From IMG/VR virus record IMGVR_UViG_3300032030_004230: a DNA stretch of 64,000 nt. One strand, written 5' to 3'. The translations under genes were made by a program, and so were the position numbers. Positions 9,958 to 18,748 of this stretch are shown piece after piece. The notes under the pieces are model-generated. The model had not been told where the DNA came from and searched no databases. It saw nothing but the letters and a program-made list of their open reading frames with translations. The stretch comes from a virus. Its lineage: Duplodnaviria; Caudoviricetes. Position 1 is the first letter of the stretch. The number at the start of each line of letters is the position of its first letter.

Positions 9958-10011
9958 AAAAAATTAGTTTCATCTGCAAAAATCTAAGAAAACTAATTTT
10001 TTATGCAAATT
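9949..10011. repeat. 22-bp perfect inverted repeat spanning both divergent start codons
   Basis: AAACTAATTTTTTATGCAAATT at 9990-10011 and its reverse complement at 9949-9970; 19-bp spacer. Confidence 0.9.
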
Positions 10012-11274
10012 TCTATAGATCTGTCAAACAATGAATTGCCAGCAGGCATGACATTGCTACATGAAAACGTAGTTGACAAGCTTAAAGAGCATGAACAAAT
10101 AGAGTGGAAAGACACTCTTAAAGAGCTAAACCCAAAAAGTCCCGCTTCAGTGGGCGTGTCATCTGCAATTGTGCTGAACGGCTTTGTAAAATCTATAGAT
10201 GTCAGAAACTGGGTAGTGAAGAAGTTTGAGAAAAAGACTGATGACTTTGTAGAATGGGTAGATAATACTCTTATAAAAGACAATTTAGAGAACTTTGCAA
10301 ATGTCTGGTGGGACAAAGGCATTGACTACTACAATAAGAAAATTGAAGAGAAGACAGGCATAAAGAATGCATTTTCAAGCTTCAAGTTAAATCTTGGCTA
10401 CTCTAACAAAGAATGGGCGATCATAGGTGATTTGAAAGCTTTAGCTGCAGAAGATGAGATGAAGTATAATGCAGCGCATCCAAGCAAATCTACATGGAAC
10501 AGACGAGTGTTCCCTTTAAAAAAAGTTGTGCCACCTGACAAAAAGTTCACAAATAAAGCTGTACAGGCTCTTATAGATGCAGGACCAGATTCAATGTCTC
10601 ACATGTTTGATGTCTTTTTCTATGTAGACCAAGCATCTATTGGACGAGCAGGATATGATGCATCTAAAGAAACAGATAAAGAAATTACAAATCAGATTAT
10701 TCTGTCTTCAAGAATTCTATCTATAGAAATACCAAACTATCTTATAGACGAATATGATGAGATTCTTCCAGTGGGCGCTATCAAAAAAGGTGCATCGACA
10801 GTGTCTTTTGAGAATAAGTCTTCTTTCTCATTTAGAGTTGACAATGACTTCATAATAAAAGATATGTTTGACGCATATAGTCTCACATCTTGGAAAATAG
10901 ACTCTAACGGAACACTCAATAGTTCAGAGCCAGTCCCATATTCTTTTGCAAGAAAATGTGGAAGAAGCAGTAAAGGCAAGCTTACTATCATAGTAAAAAG
11001 AGCTACGCCTACGCCAGCTACAGGCAATACATTTGTGTCTGACAACATAAAAAAAGCTATGGGACCATTTTTTAATTTTGATAATAGTACTGATGTGAGT
11101 CCTTCTGAAGAAGCTACCATGTCTCAGTACTTGAATGATTGGTTTGTGTTTGAAGATGTAAAGATTCTTGGTTCTGATGGACCAATTTCTTTTACTAGAG
11201 ATGATGCAAACACTTCAAGTCTTACTGAAGAGTTTATTTTCAAAAGATTCTATAGATTTACTTCAAGAGGATAA
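10003..11274 (+). CDS. Tail-tube-fold baseplate/tube-initiator-like protein (paralog of next gene)
   Basis: C-terminal half MSHMFDV..SIEIP..SFSFRVD..FEDVKILG..SF..FIFK resembles the T4 gp19/gp48/gp54 pattern. Confidence 0.5.
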   Translation: MQISIDLSNNELPAGMTLLHENVVDKLKEHEQIEWKDTLKELNPKSPASVGVSSAIVLNGFVKSIDVRNWVVKKFEKKTDDFVEWVDNTLIKDNLENFANVWWDKGIDYYNKKIEEKTGIKNAFSSFKLNLGYSNKEWAIIGDLKALAAEDEMKYNAAHPSKSTWNRRVFPLKKVVPPDKKFTNKAVQALIDAGPDSMSHMFDVFFYVDQASIGRAGYDASKETDKEITNQIILSSRILSIEIPNYLIDEYDEILPVGAIKKGASTVSFENKSSFSFRVDNDFIIKDMFDAYSLTSWKIDSNGTLNSSEPVPYSFARKCGRSSKGKLTIIVKRATPTPATGNTFVSDNIKKAMGPFFNFDNSTDVSPSEEATMSQYLNDWFVFEDVKILGSDGPISFTRDDANTSSLTEEFIFKRFYRFTSRG

Positions 11275-12719
11275 TGTTTATGGACATTAAGATAGACAAC
11301 AGCTTAGGATTCCATGTATCTCTAGATAGCATAAAAGCTTCAAAAATTGTGAGTTCTGAGAATCTCCAAGTCAGAGATGTTGCTATAGACAGAAACTACT
11401 CTTTTTTCGACTTTTCTATAGAACTTGATGATGAGACAAAAGACAATTACTTGAAGCCAAGAGCTTTGCAGGATATTTTCAAAGTCTATGACAAGAGCTT
11501 CTACACTTTAGACAAAGTAGAGTCTGACACATTGTACAGCACACTGATGACTCAAGATATCAAGACAACTACTTCAGTCTCTAATATCAAGATACATGTG
11601 CCGAAGCAGTCATTCGCTGTCTCACCAAGCATAAGAATGATGAATAAGTTCGAATCTAATAATGAGCTTGTGTCTATGGAAAATAAAGAAGAGTGGGCGA
11701 AAGTAGACACTTGGAAGGAATTCGCAGCGACTTTAAAAGAAGAGTTCGGCGGCATACAGAAGTGGAAAGACTTGTCTACAGAAGTAGGTCATTTTACTCT
11801 TAATGCATTCAAAGATGTTTTAGTAAGCTGGCTTAATGATGCGTCTGTAGATGATTTTCTCAATGATACTTATAAGTCTCAAAGAAGTGCCAAGACTGGT
11901 GCAGAAGCTTTAGAAAAGTCTCTTAAAACAGAATACGTAATACATACTCCACTTTCTGCATTAAGTGAAGTCTCAGCAATGCACAACCCAGTGTGGACTT
12001 TAGTCAATCAAAAGCAAGATTTGATGTCTAATATGTATGATGTATCGATAGTGCAGACTATTCTTAATAGCCCAAGAGACAGAACGAGTGCACATAGTGA
12101 AGAAACCTCCTCAAAAATTGATGAGATAGCAGACATTGTTTCAGTTCGTGCACATGGATTTGAGATTCCAAATAAGAAGCAATCAACTTTTGAATGGAGC
12201 TTGCCAACAGGAACTATGCACAAAGTCGAGTCAAATATGAGCTATGAAAGAACTCTTGAAATTACATTAGACTTAGACCAGCCTTTGTATGTCTATGACT
12301 TCATAAATGGAGCTTGTGCTAATGTTCAATGCTACTCACAGTCAGATCATTTTTCTGTAATAAATTCAGAAGTAGAGAAACTTAAAAACCCAGAAGCAGG
12401 TTATCTTAATTTGAAAGAAGCTTTCTCAAGAATTCCGATGGTGTATCAAAAACTTAAAAGCAATAAACGATTTGACTTGCGCATACGAGTACTGAACAAT
12501 TACGACGACTACTTGAATCATAAAATACAGAAATTGAAGAAGCCTTATACTGATGAGCCTGCCAAAGTCGGTACAATTTTCTATTTTGAAGATGTAAGAG
12601 TTCTGGGAACTACTGATGGCCCTACATTTGACAGAGAAAATGATGGTCAGCAATCAATTACAGTAAAACTAATTTATAAAGCATTATGGAAGAATGCTTG
12701 GCCTGAGAAAGGCAAATAG
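11274..12719 (+). CDS. Tail-tube-fold baseplate/tube-initiator-like protein
   Basis: MSNMYDV..GFEIP..ITLDLD..FEDVRVLG..TF..LIYK, collinear with the upstream paralog. Confidence 0.5.
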   Translation: MFMDIKIDNSLGFHVSLDSIKASKIVSSENLQVRDVAIDRNYSFFDFSIELDDETKDNYLKPRALQDIFKVYDKSFYTLDKVESDTLYSTLMTQDIKTTTSVSNIKIHVPKQSFAVSPSIRMMNKFESNNELVSMENKEEWAKVDTWKEFAATLKEEFGGIQKWKDLSTEVGHFTLNAFKDVLVSWLNDASVDDFLNDTYKSQRSAKTGAEALEKSLKTEYVIHTPLSALSEVSAMHNPVWTLVNQKQDLMSNMYDVSIVQTILNSPRDRTSAHSEETSSKIDEIADIVSVRAHGFEIPNKKQSTFEWSLPTGTMHKVESNMSYERTLEITLDLDQPLYVYDFINGACANVQCYSQSDHFSVINSEVEKLKNPEAGYLNLKEAFSRIPMVYQKLKSNKRFDLRIRVLNNYDDYLNHKIQKLKKPYTDEPAKVGTIFYFEDVRVLGTTDGPTFDRENDGQQSITVKLIYKALWKNAWPEKGK

Positions 12720-12745
12720 CACAATTTAAGAGGAGAATTTTAGTA

Positions 12746-13615
12746 ATGGCAAATGTAATTCATTTTGCAACTCGTCAAGCAAGAGATTTGTGGGAGCATG
12801 AGATCTCAGGACAGATTTCTGACGGTGCTTGGGAGAATGACAGAAATACAGAAGAGTGGTGGAGAAACACTGAAGTTGTAGTTGACGGCAAAGTTGGCCA
12901 TGACTGGTGGGAAAGAAGAAATTCTTACGGAATTTCTCGTCTTAAGCAGTATGTTGGTGACAGAATGGTTGATATTGTCAAATACAGCCAAGTTCTAGAG
13001 TATCAGTTCCCTGAGATTAAGGATCAAAAAGATATTGACAGCATCATTGAAGGTGCAGATGGTTCATGGTCAATGGAAAAGTATGCTATTCCTACACTTG
13101 AAAAGTATGGCATCTCTGCAGAGGTATGGAATCAAGCTTGTGAAAACTCACCTGTTCAAGAGTGGTCAGACATTCAGCCTTTCTTGAAAGAAATTTCTAC
13201 AATGTTCAAAACTCGCAATCCTGATAGTCTTTATCCAAACAAAAAGACTTATTCTAGCAACCCAACTGTTTCAAAAGAAGAAAGAGCTGAACAGAAGCTT
13301 GCAAAGCCTTCTACAAATGAAGAGAAGATGCTTGCATGGCAGGCTGGAACTCGTGGATTCAATGCTAAAGCTGCTGGTACTGAGAAGCTCTATACAAATC
13401 TTGAAATCTGCAAGAAGATTGGTTTTAAAGATGGTTTTGACACAATTCGTGATGAATTGCTCCTTAGAGGTGAAAGACCTGCAGCAAAAATCAAATTCAC
13501 TGAGAGCAGCATGAATGGCTTGTTTACTGGTGTTTGCGATAAATGTCACACATACGGAAATGTAAAGTACATCGGTGGAAACCAACTTTGCATGAGATGC
13601 AGCAAAGACAGATAA
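12746..13615 (+). CDS. Phage protein (EISGQISDGAWEN motif, C-terminal zinc ribbon)
   Basis: 289 aa, GAGGAG SD, CDKC...CMRC. Confidence 0.7.
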   Translation: MANVIHFATRQARDLWEHEISGQISDGAWENDRNTEEWWRNTEVVVDGKVGHDWWERRNSYGISRLKQYVGDRMVDIVKYSQVLEYQFPEIKDQKDIDSIIEGADGSWSMEKYAIPTLEKYGISAEVWNQACENSPVQEWSDIQPFLKEISTMFKTRNPDSLYPNKKTYSSNPTVSKEERAEQKLAKPSTNEEKMLAWQAGTRGFNAKAAGTEKLYTNLEICKKIGFKDGFDTIRDELLLRGERPAAKIKFTESSMNGLFTGVCDKCHTYGNVKYIGGNQLCMRCSKDR

Positions 13616-13636
13616 TCTTTAGCTAAAAGTACAAAG

Positions 13637-13661
13637 AAAAAGCCCCTTTTTGAGGGGCTTT
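13637..13661. terminator. Bidirectional intrinsic terminator
   Basis: AAAAAGCCCCT-loop-AGGGGCTTT between convergent genes. Confidence 0.75.
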
Positions 13662-13668
13662 ATCTATT

Positions 13669-14127
13669 TTAAAAAACTAAGAATTTCTTTTCATGGAAGA
13701 GATACTTCAAGATGTCTAAGAAGCTTCGTAAATGAGTTTGTTCCTGCAACTCTGCAACAAGTTCATTGCCCATTTGAGAAATCATACTTAGCTGCTGAAT
13801 AAGAGTTACAGCATTTCGTAGATTCTCTTTATTGTCTGGATTGAAAAATTTAATGTCTTCGGGATCTTTTATAACGCTATCAAAAAGGTCTCTCTGGTCT
13901 TTTTCTCCCATTCTGCAGAAAATTGAGTAAATCTCTAAAAGCTCACTCCCTTCTAGTTGTATAATCTGCAATTTAGGCTTTGGCTCTGCGCCATTTGTGG
14001 GATCTGCCAAAGTAGCTTCTTTATCGAATGTTAAGTCTCCGTTTGTATCAAGTTTTGTATGTAAAATAATAATGCAAGACATCTCCTGAACTTTGCTATC
14101 AGAAGACTTGATGATTTTCTCTGTCAA
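13669..14127 (-). CDS. Hypothetical protein
   Basis: 152 aa, TTG start with AAGGA SD. Confidence 0.7.
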   Translation of the reverse strand: MTEKIIKSSDSKVQEMSCIIILHTKLDTNGDLTFDKEATLADPTNGAEPKPKLQIIQLEGSELLEIYSIFCRMGEKDQRDLFDSVIKDPEDIKFFNPDNKENLRNAVTLIQQLSMISQMGNELVAELQEQTHLRSFLDILKYLFHEKKFLVF

Positions 14128-14153
14128 TTAAAATGTCCTTCTCTTTTGAATTT

Positions 14154-14570
14154 TTAGCTAAACAAGCTTTTTAAGTCTACAGGCTTTGCTTTTGAGCTAT
14201 TAGTCCTATAAGCATTTAGCTCAGCAAAAGTTGTAAAGTACTTCTTGTCATAAGTCTTAATTTTTTCTTCTGAAAGAGAAAGCTCTATAAGCTGACCTGC
14301 GTACTTTGTGATTCGCTTCTTCAAAAGAAAAAGCTGCTTTGCAGAAAGAAAGCCTCTTGACATATAGAATTTTGCAAGAGATGTAAGAAGTTCTGCATCC
14401 TGTGGAACAAAACCGCGGTTATTCTTTATTCGTACAGTAGCTGTAGCTTGCTCAGATTTTGTCTGCTGACTGTAAATCTTCAAAAGAGCTGCTACTGCTT
14501 TATCAGGCTTTGCAACTAGTTGAGACTTAAGTGCTTCAACCATCGACTTTTTGCTAGTATACATAAGCAC
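14154..14570 (-). CDS. Phage hypothetical protein
   Basis: 138 aa, AGGAG SD, TATTATATTA motif at 14601-14610. Confidence 0.7.
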   Translation of the reverse strand: MLMYTSKKSMVEALKSQLVAKPDKAVAALLKIYSQQTKSEQATATVRIKNNRGFVPQDAELLTSLAKFYMSRGFLSAKQLFLLKKRITKYAGQLIELSLSEEKIKTYDKKYFTTFAELNAYRTNSSKAKPVDLKSLFS

Positions 14571-14630
14571 TATCTCCTTATTATTTTTATTTTATGATAA
14601 TAATATAATAAGGAGATTATTAGAATTCTG

Positions 14631-14915
14631 CTAATCGTCTACAAACTCATTCCAAGGATCAAGACCCTCATCAAGCTGACGAAGACGTTCCTGCAAGATG
14701 TGAATGCATTTCTGATAGTCTAACTTTCGACTTTCACGACGAGTTTTTCCGTTTTCTTTCTTTTTACGAAGAATGCGCTTCACTACATCAGCATCAAAAG
14801 GATTCAATTTGTATTCAATCCAGATGTCCCAGCTCTGAATTTTGTGGCTAGCATAGTCACTCTCACCACAGTTATGACTTCTTACATCACTCAACTCTTC
14901 TTTCTTACTTGACAT
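14631..14915 (-). CDS. DUF3310-like phage protein
   Basis: G-x-x-D-Y..IQSWD..LNPF..VVKRILR..DYQKCIH pattern. Confidence 0.6.
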   Translation of the reverse strand: MSSKKEELSDVRSHNCGESDYASHKIQSWDIWIEYKLNPFDADVVKRILRKKKENGKTRRESRKLDYQKCIHILQERLRQLDEGLDPWNEFVDD

Positions 14916-15078
14916 TTAAGCTCCCCAAATTCTCATATCCGCCTTTCTCTTTTACAAGATTATAAATCTCTGTCAATGAAAGTCCATTAAGCGGATTGTT
15001 TGGCTTTCCTACCCAAAATTTAATAGCTTTATCTACAACTTCATCAAAGTCTTTGTCTTTCTTAACCATTATAGCCAT
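14905..15078 (-). CDS. Hypothetical protein
   Basis: Start placed at MAIMVKK, downstream of a purine-rich SD-like stretch. Confidence 0.55.
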   Translation of the reverse strand: MAIMVKKDKDFDEVVDKAIKFWVGKPNNPLNGLSLTEIYNLVKEKGGYENLGSLNVK

Positions 15079-15178
15079 TACGCCTTTCTCCTTCTTCAAT
15101 ATTTGACCAGTAAGCAACTACGCTCACCAGAACAAACACAATAATAAAAGATAAAATCATATAAGAATGTCTCCTCAA

Positions 15179-16600
15179 TTAAGATGCTTTTTCATCTGTC
15201 TCTTCATCATCAAGCTCATACTGCTGCATTCGCATACATTCAGGCTGGAACATATAAGCTCCGATCATGCCGACACGTCCTTGATTTTGCTTCATCATTC
15301 CAACTTCTACAATGTCTAGCATATCTTCCCAAAGTTCTTTTGGCAAATAAGTTTCTGCATAGTACTTCTTTCTGAAAAGATAAACTGACCAACGAGCTCG
15401 TTCAAGATATGAGTTTGAATCTTTAATGTCTGTTCTTTTTGGTCTGAACTTGTCAATGTCTTTTACATCATCAATACGACCATCTTCTGCTTTACGACCA
15501 ATCTGCAATGTACCGACCCAATGGAAACCAAGCTCTTTTGCCATTGCATTCATAATGTTTACAGCAACAGTAATTCCTTGTGCAAAGTTTGCACCTTTTG
15601 AATCTGTAATCATAAACTCACGAACCATTGAAAGCAAGTCGATGAAAAGAATAAAATACTTCTGTCCAATCTTTTTCTGGAACTTCAAAGCATCTTGACG
15701 AATCTGCTGCAATGAAACAGATGCACATTCTGAAATTTCAAGCTTTGAATTATCGATAAGCTCTTTGAATTCAGACTCAATTTTGTCTCTCAAAGAAAGC
15801 CATGCATTTGGATCTTCAGGATTTACAAATTGTGATACAGGAATTCCTGTGCGCAAAGCCATAAGACGATCTGTAGTATCAACATTTCCCATCTCAAGAG
15901 TGTAGTACAAACAAGGCACACCAGCATTTGCAAGTCCATTGATAAGATTGAGACAATAAGCTGATTTTCCCATACCTGTTGCAGCTGTAATAAGCCCGCC
16001 ATTTCCAGGATTTGGTCCGTATGTGACTGATTTGTCTAGAACTGAATCGTAAAACTTATAGCGCTTACCATTCTTACGAAGATTAAAGTCCTCAAGATAC
16101 TGTTCTTTGAGTTCTTCCATTGTAGAAGTTCTCTTTATTGAGACGCCTTCAAGCAAAAGTGACTCAGCTTCAAGCATCTTTTTACGAATAAGTTCTTCTA
16201 CAGCTTCTTCTCTACGAGGGTGCTTATTTATAAGTCCTTCAACTTCAGACATGATTTTAAGAGCTTTTTCAGAGTTCTTCATATAAAGAAGAGACTCAAC
16301 CATGTCTTTTATGTCTACATCTTTGTCTTGATTAAGAGCTGCAATCTCTGAAATTGTGTTCAAAGATACATTTACATCAATTCCGCTTGCATACTGGAAA
16401 ACTGCGAGCTCTGTGTTAGGCGTGTTCTGCTCTTTAAGATACTGAAGAGCTTTATAAATAGACTTGCTTGAACCATGAATAAAAAGCTCTTCGCTAATTC
16501 CAGGCTCATCAAGTTTCTCTGGATTTAGATAAAGCGCATTCAACAGTCTGTATTCTGAGATAAGCGCTGATGTTGATTCTGTAACTTGCTTTTCTGCCAT
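15179..16600 (-). CDS. Replicative DnaB-like (SF4) helicase
   Basis: Walker A AATGMGKS, YTLEM, FIDLL, TLQIGR, DIKDS, KQNQG. Confidence 0.88.
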   Translation of the reverse strand: MAEKQVTESTSALISEYRLLNALYLNPEKLDEPGISEELFIHGSSKSIYKALQYLKEQNTPNTELAVFQYASGIDVNVSLNTISEIAALNQDKDVDIKDMVESLLYMKNSEKALKIMSEVEGLINKHPRREEAVEELIRKKMLEAESLLLEGVSIKRTSTMEELKEQYLEDFNLRKNGKRYKFYDSVLDKSVTYGPNPGNGGLITAATGMGKSAYCLNLINGLANAGVPCLYYTLEMGNVDTTDRLMALRTGIPVSQFVNPEDPNAWLSLRDKIESEFKELIDNSKLEISECASVSLQQIRQDALKFQKKIGQKYFILFIDLLSMVREFMITDSKGANFAQGITVAVNIMNAMAKELGFHWVGTLQIGRKAEDGRIDDVKDIDKFRPKRTDIKDSNSYLERARWSVYLFRKKYYAETYLPKELWEDMLDIVEVGMMKQNQGRVGMIGAYMFQPECMRMQQYELDDEETDEKAS

Positions 16601-16629
16601 AGTGAAAAAATATTAACTCCGTAATGATA

Positions 16630-17343
16630 TTAAAACAATACAATCGGTTCAGATTGTCTATTCTGCAAATAGTTGTCTTCAAATGTGAGAAGCGTCTTAT
16701 GATTTTCTGTCTCTCTTTGCACAAAGTCTTGTATTGAATGAGAGAATCCCTGAGTTTCAATGTCTTCTGGCTTTACATTTGAGATAAAAAGAATGCCTTT
16801 ATTCTCAGACTGAATTCTTGTACGAATAAAAGAATCAATAAAACTATTCTGCCAACCAGTAGAGAACAACTTAACTTTAGATTTGTCAAATGCTTCATCA
16901 ATTACAAGTAAATCCGACTTCATCAAAAGGTCTACGTCACTTCTTGCTTCAGTGTCTCGTTCTGCTCTTTCAAGAAGTTTTATGAGGCTGTCCATTAAGA
17001 TATAACGAACTGAATACTTTTCTCTAATAAGAGACTTACCGACCCAAGATGCCATTGTAGATTTCTGACAACCATTTGGCCCATACATGTAAACTACGAG
17101 TTTCTTAACTTCTGGATTTTCTTTGAATTGCTTGACATAGTTGATAAGCCGATTCTTTGATTCTACCGACTTTGTACCCACATACTTGCGAGGATTAAAG
17201 TCATAGTTTCGCATGTCAAAGCCATAATGTTTATACAATGCTTTTGCTTGCTTTTCAAGTCTTTCTTCTTTGTGTTCAGGTTTTTCTTTGAGAACATTGT
17301 CTTCTAAATAAAAGCCATCAGGCACTTTGTAATAGTCAATCAT
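16630..17343 (-). CDS. DnaC/IstB-like AAA+ helicase loader
   Basis: Walker A-like GPNGCQKS, Walker B LLVIDE, ISN sensor; directly upstream of the helicase. Confidence 0.75.
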   Translation of the reverse strand: MIDYYKVPDGFYLEDNVLKEKPEHKEERLEKQAKALYKHYGFDMRNYDFNPRKYVGTKSVESKNRLINYVKQFKENPEVKKLVVYMYGPNGCQKSTMASWVGKSLIREKYSVRYILMDSLIKLLERAERDTEARSDVDLLMKSDLLVIDEAFDKSKVKLFSTGWQNSFIDSFIRTRIQSENKGILFISNVKPEDIETQGFSHSIQDFVQRETENHKTLLTFEDNYLQNRQSEPIVLF

Positions 17344-17425
17344 AATTTTAAATTAACACTTTTTGTTCTTAAAGTGATTTGAGATGACCCATACAAATTG
17401 TCTTGCTACAAGAATAGAGCTTCCA

Positions 17426-18622
17426 TTACTTATGAGTTACACAAATCTTGATTTCTGCTCGACGACCGATCATTCTCTTGTAATGAAAACCGTCTTCAAC
17501 ATTATTTGGGTGTTTAATTCCACGCATAGAAGCTTCTGCATAGTACTCTTCTGCATCTTCATGAGTGACTTCGAGAATCTCTTTATCATACATAAGAGCT
17601 TTAACAGCATCAATTGGAAGAGGAACTGCACCATGCTTTAGATAGATACGCTCCATTGCTTCAGAAACTTCTCCCCAAAATTCTCTGTCAATGAGTTGCA
17701 AATCATCTTCGATGATTTTGAAAAGTCGTCTCTTTCCCTCATCTGTGCCATCTGAAGCACAGTACTGAAGCTTTCGTCCGCCACGTTTGAAAGTATACAC
17801 AACAACAGCTTTAAGGCCGTCTACTGAACGATCAATTTTCCAGAAGTCTGAATCTTTGACAAGATCTTCTTTTCGATCAAGACCAAGAATGCCACCAATT
17901 GGTTCATAAGCTTTTTGAAGCATTTTGAAGATTTCATCTACATACTTCAATGCACTAGACTTGTCTTCTTTTGTAACGATATTCACATAATGCTCTCGAA
18001 ACACATTCTCTTTCAAAGAGTTCTTTGAGCCAGCCATCAAGTCAAATGCATCAAAGTAACTTTCTGCAGCATCAAGAGCTTTGAAGAGCTCATCTTCATC
18101 AATACGATGATTTCCATCTACTGAGCAATAGTTTACAAGACCGCTTACAGTAGAACCATAAAGAACTTTGAACATATCCTTAAAGCTAAAAAGCTCATCC
18201 GACTTTGCAAAAATACCAAAAGTGCTTTGTGCAGCAGCTCGATTCACATCTTCATAAGTGTCTTCTTCGATACCATCAAGAAGATCTGTAAGTTCTTCGT
18301 CCATCGGATATCCACGATTCTGCTCAAAAAGAACTGGAATATGCACTGAAGGCAACATACAAGGATTGATTACGATTTTTGCGCATTCTTCTTGATTAAG
18401 AGCTAGCGCATAAAAAGCTCCAAATGAATGAGCTACAATTGTGTCAATATGCTTCCCATTAAGAATGGATTTGATTTTAGCCATTGTACCAGGGAAGTCT
18501 AATAAGTCAAAAGACTCTGCAAAGAATTCATCTCCTTGCTTAGAATAGTACTTCTTAATAATTTTTGCTGTAGAGCCTGTTGGACTTCCATCAAATCCGT
18601 GTATGTAAAGAACTTTTGCCAT
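17426..18622 (-). CDS. YqiA/UPF0227-like alpha/beta esterase fused to a GNAT-like phage domain
   Basis: N-terminal YIHGF, AHSFG nucleophile elbow, INP, GNH; C-terminal half (MLQKAYEPIGG..GGRK..DGT..WGEVS) is a separate domain. Confidence 0.7.
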   Translation of the reverse strand: MAKVLYIHGFDGSPTGSTAKIIKKYYSKQGDEFFAESFDLLDFPGTMAKIKSILNGKHIDTIVAHSFGAFYALALNQEECAKIVINPCMLPSVHIPVLFEQNRGYPMDEELTDLLDGIEEDTYEDVNRAAAQSTFGIFAKSDELFSFKDMFKVLYGSTVSGLVNYCSVDGNHRIDEDELFKALDAAESYFDAFDLMAGSKNSLKENVFREHYVNIVTKEDKSSALKYVDEIFKMLQKAYEPIGGILGLDRKEDLVKDSDFWKIDRSVDGLKAVVVYTFKRGGRKLQYCASDGTDEGKRRLFKIIEDDLQLIDREFWGEVSEAMERIYLKHGAVPLPIDAVKALMYDKEILEVTHEDAEEYYAEASMRGIKHPNNVEDGFHYKRMIGRRAEIKICVTHK

Positions 18623-18672
18623 CTTGCTGTTTCCTTATGATAATAATATAATAGCTTGTAAAATTAGTTTTT

Positions 18673-18713
18673 AAAAAAAAAATGCCAGACCCTCTAAAAA
18701 GAAGATCTGGCAT
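18673..18713 (-). terminator. Intrinsic terminator downstream of the SSB gene
   Basis: ATGCCAGA...TCTGGCAT stem with an A10 run (U-tail on the - strand). Confidence 0.7.
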
Positions 18714-18748
18714 AGTCTATCAATTACTCTCTCACAAAAGAGATTTCA

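Noticed and set aside
9971-9989. Invertible phase-variation switch between the 22-bp inverted repeats
   Set aside because: The spacer is only 19 bp, both arms carry the same promoter motif so inversion would change little, and no recombinase is in the window.
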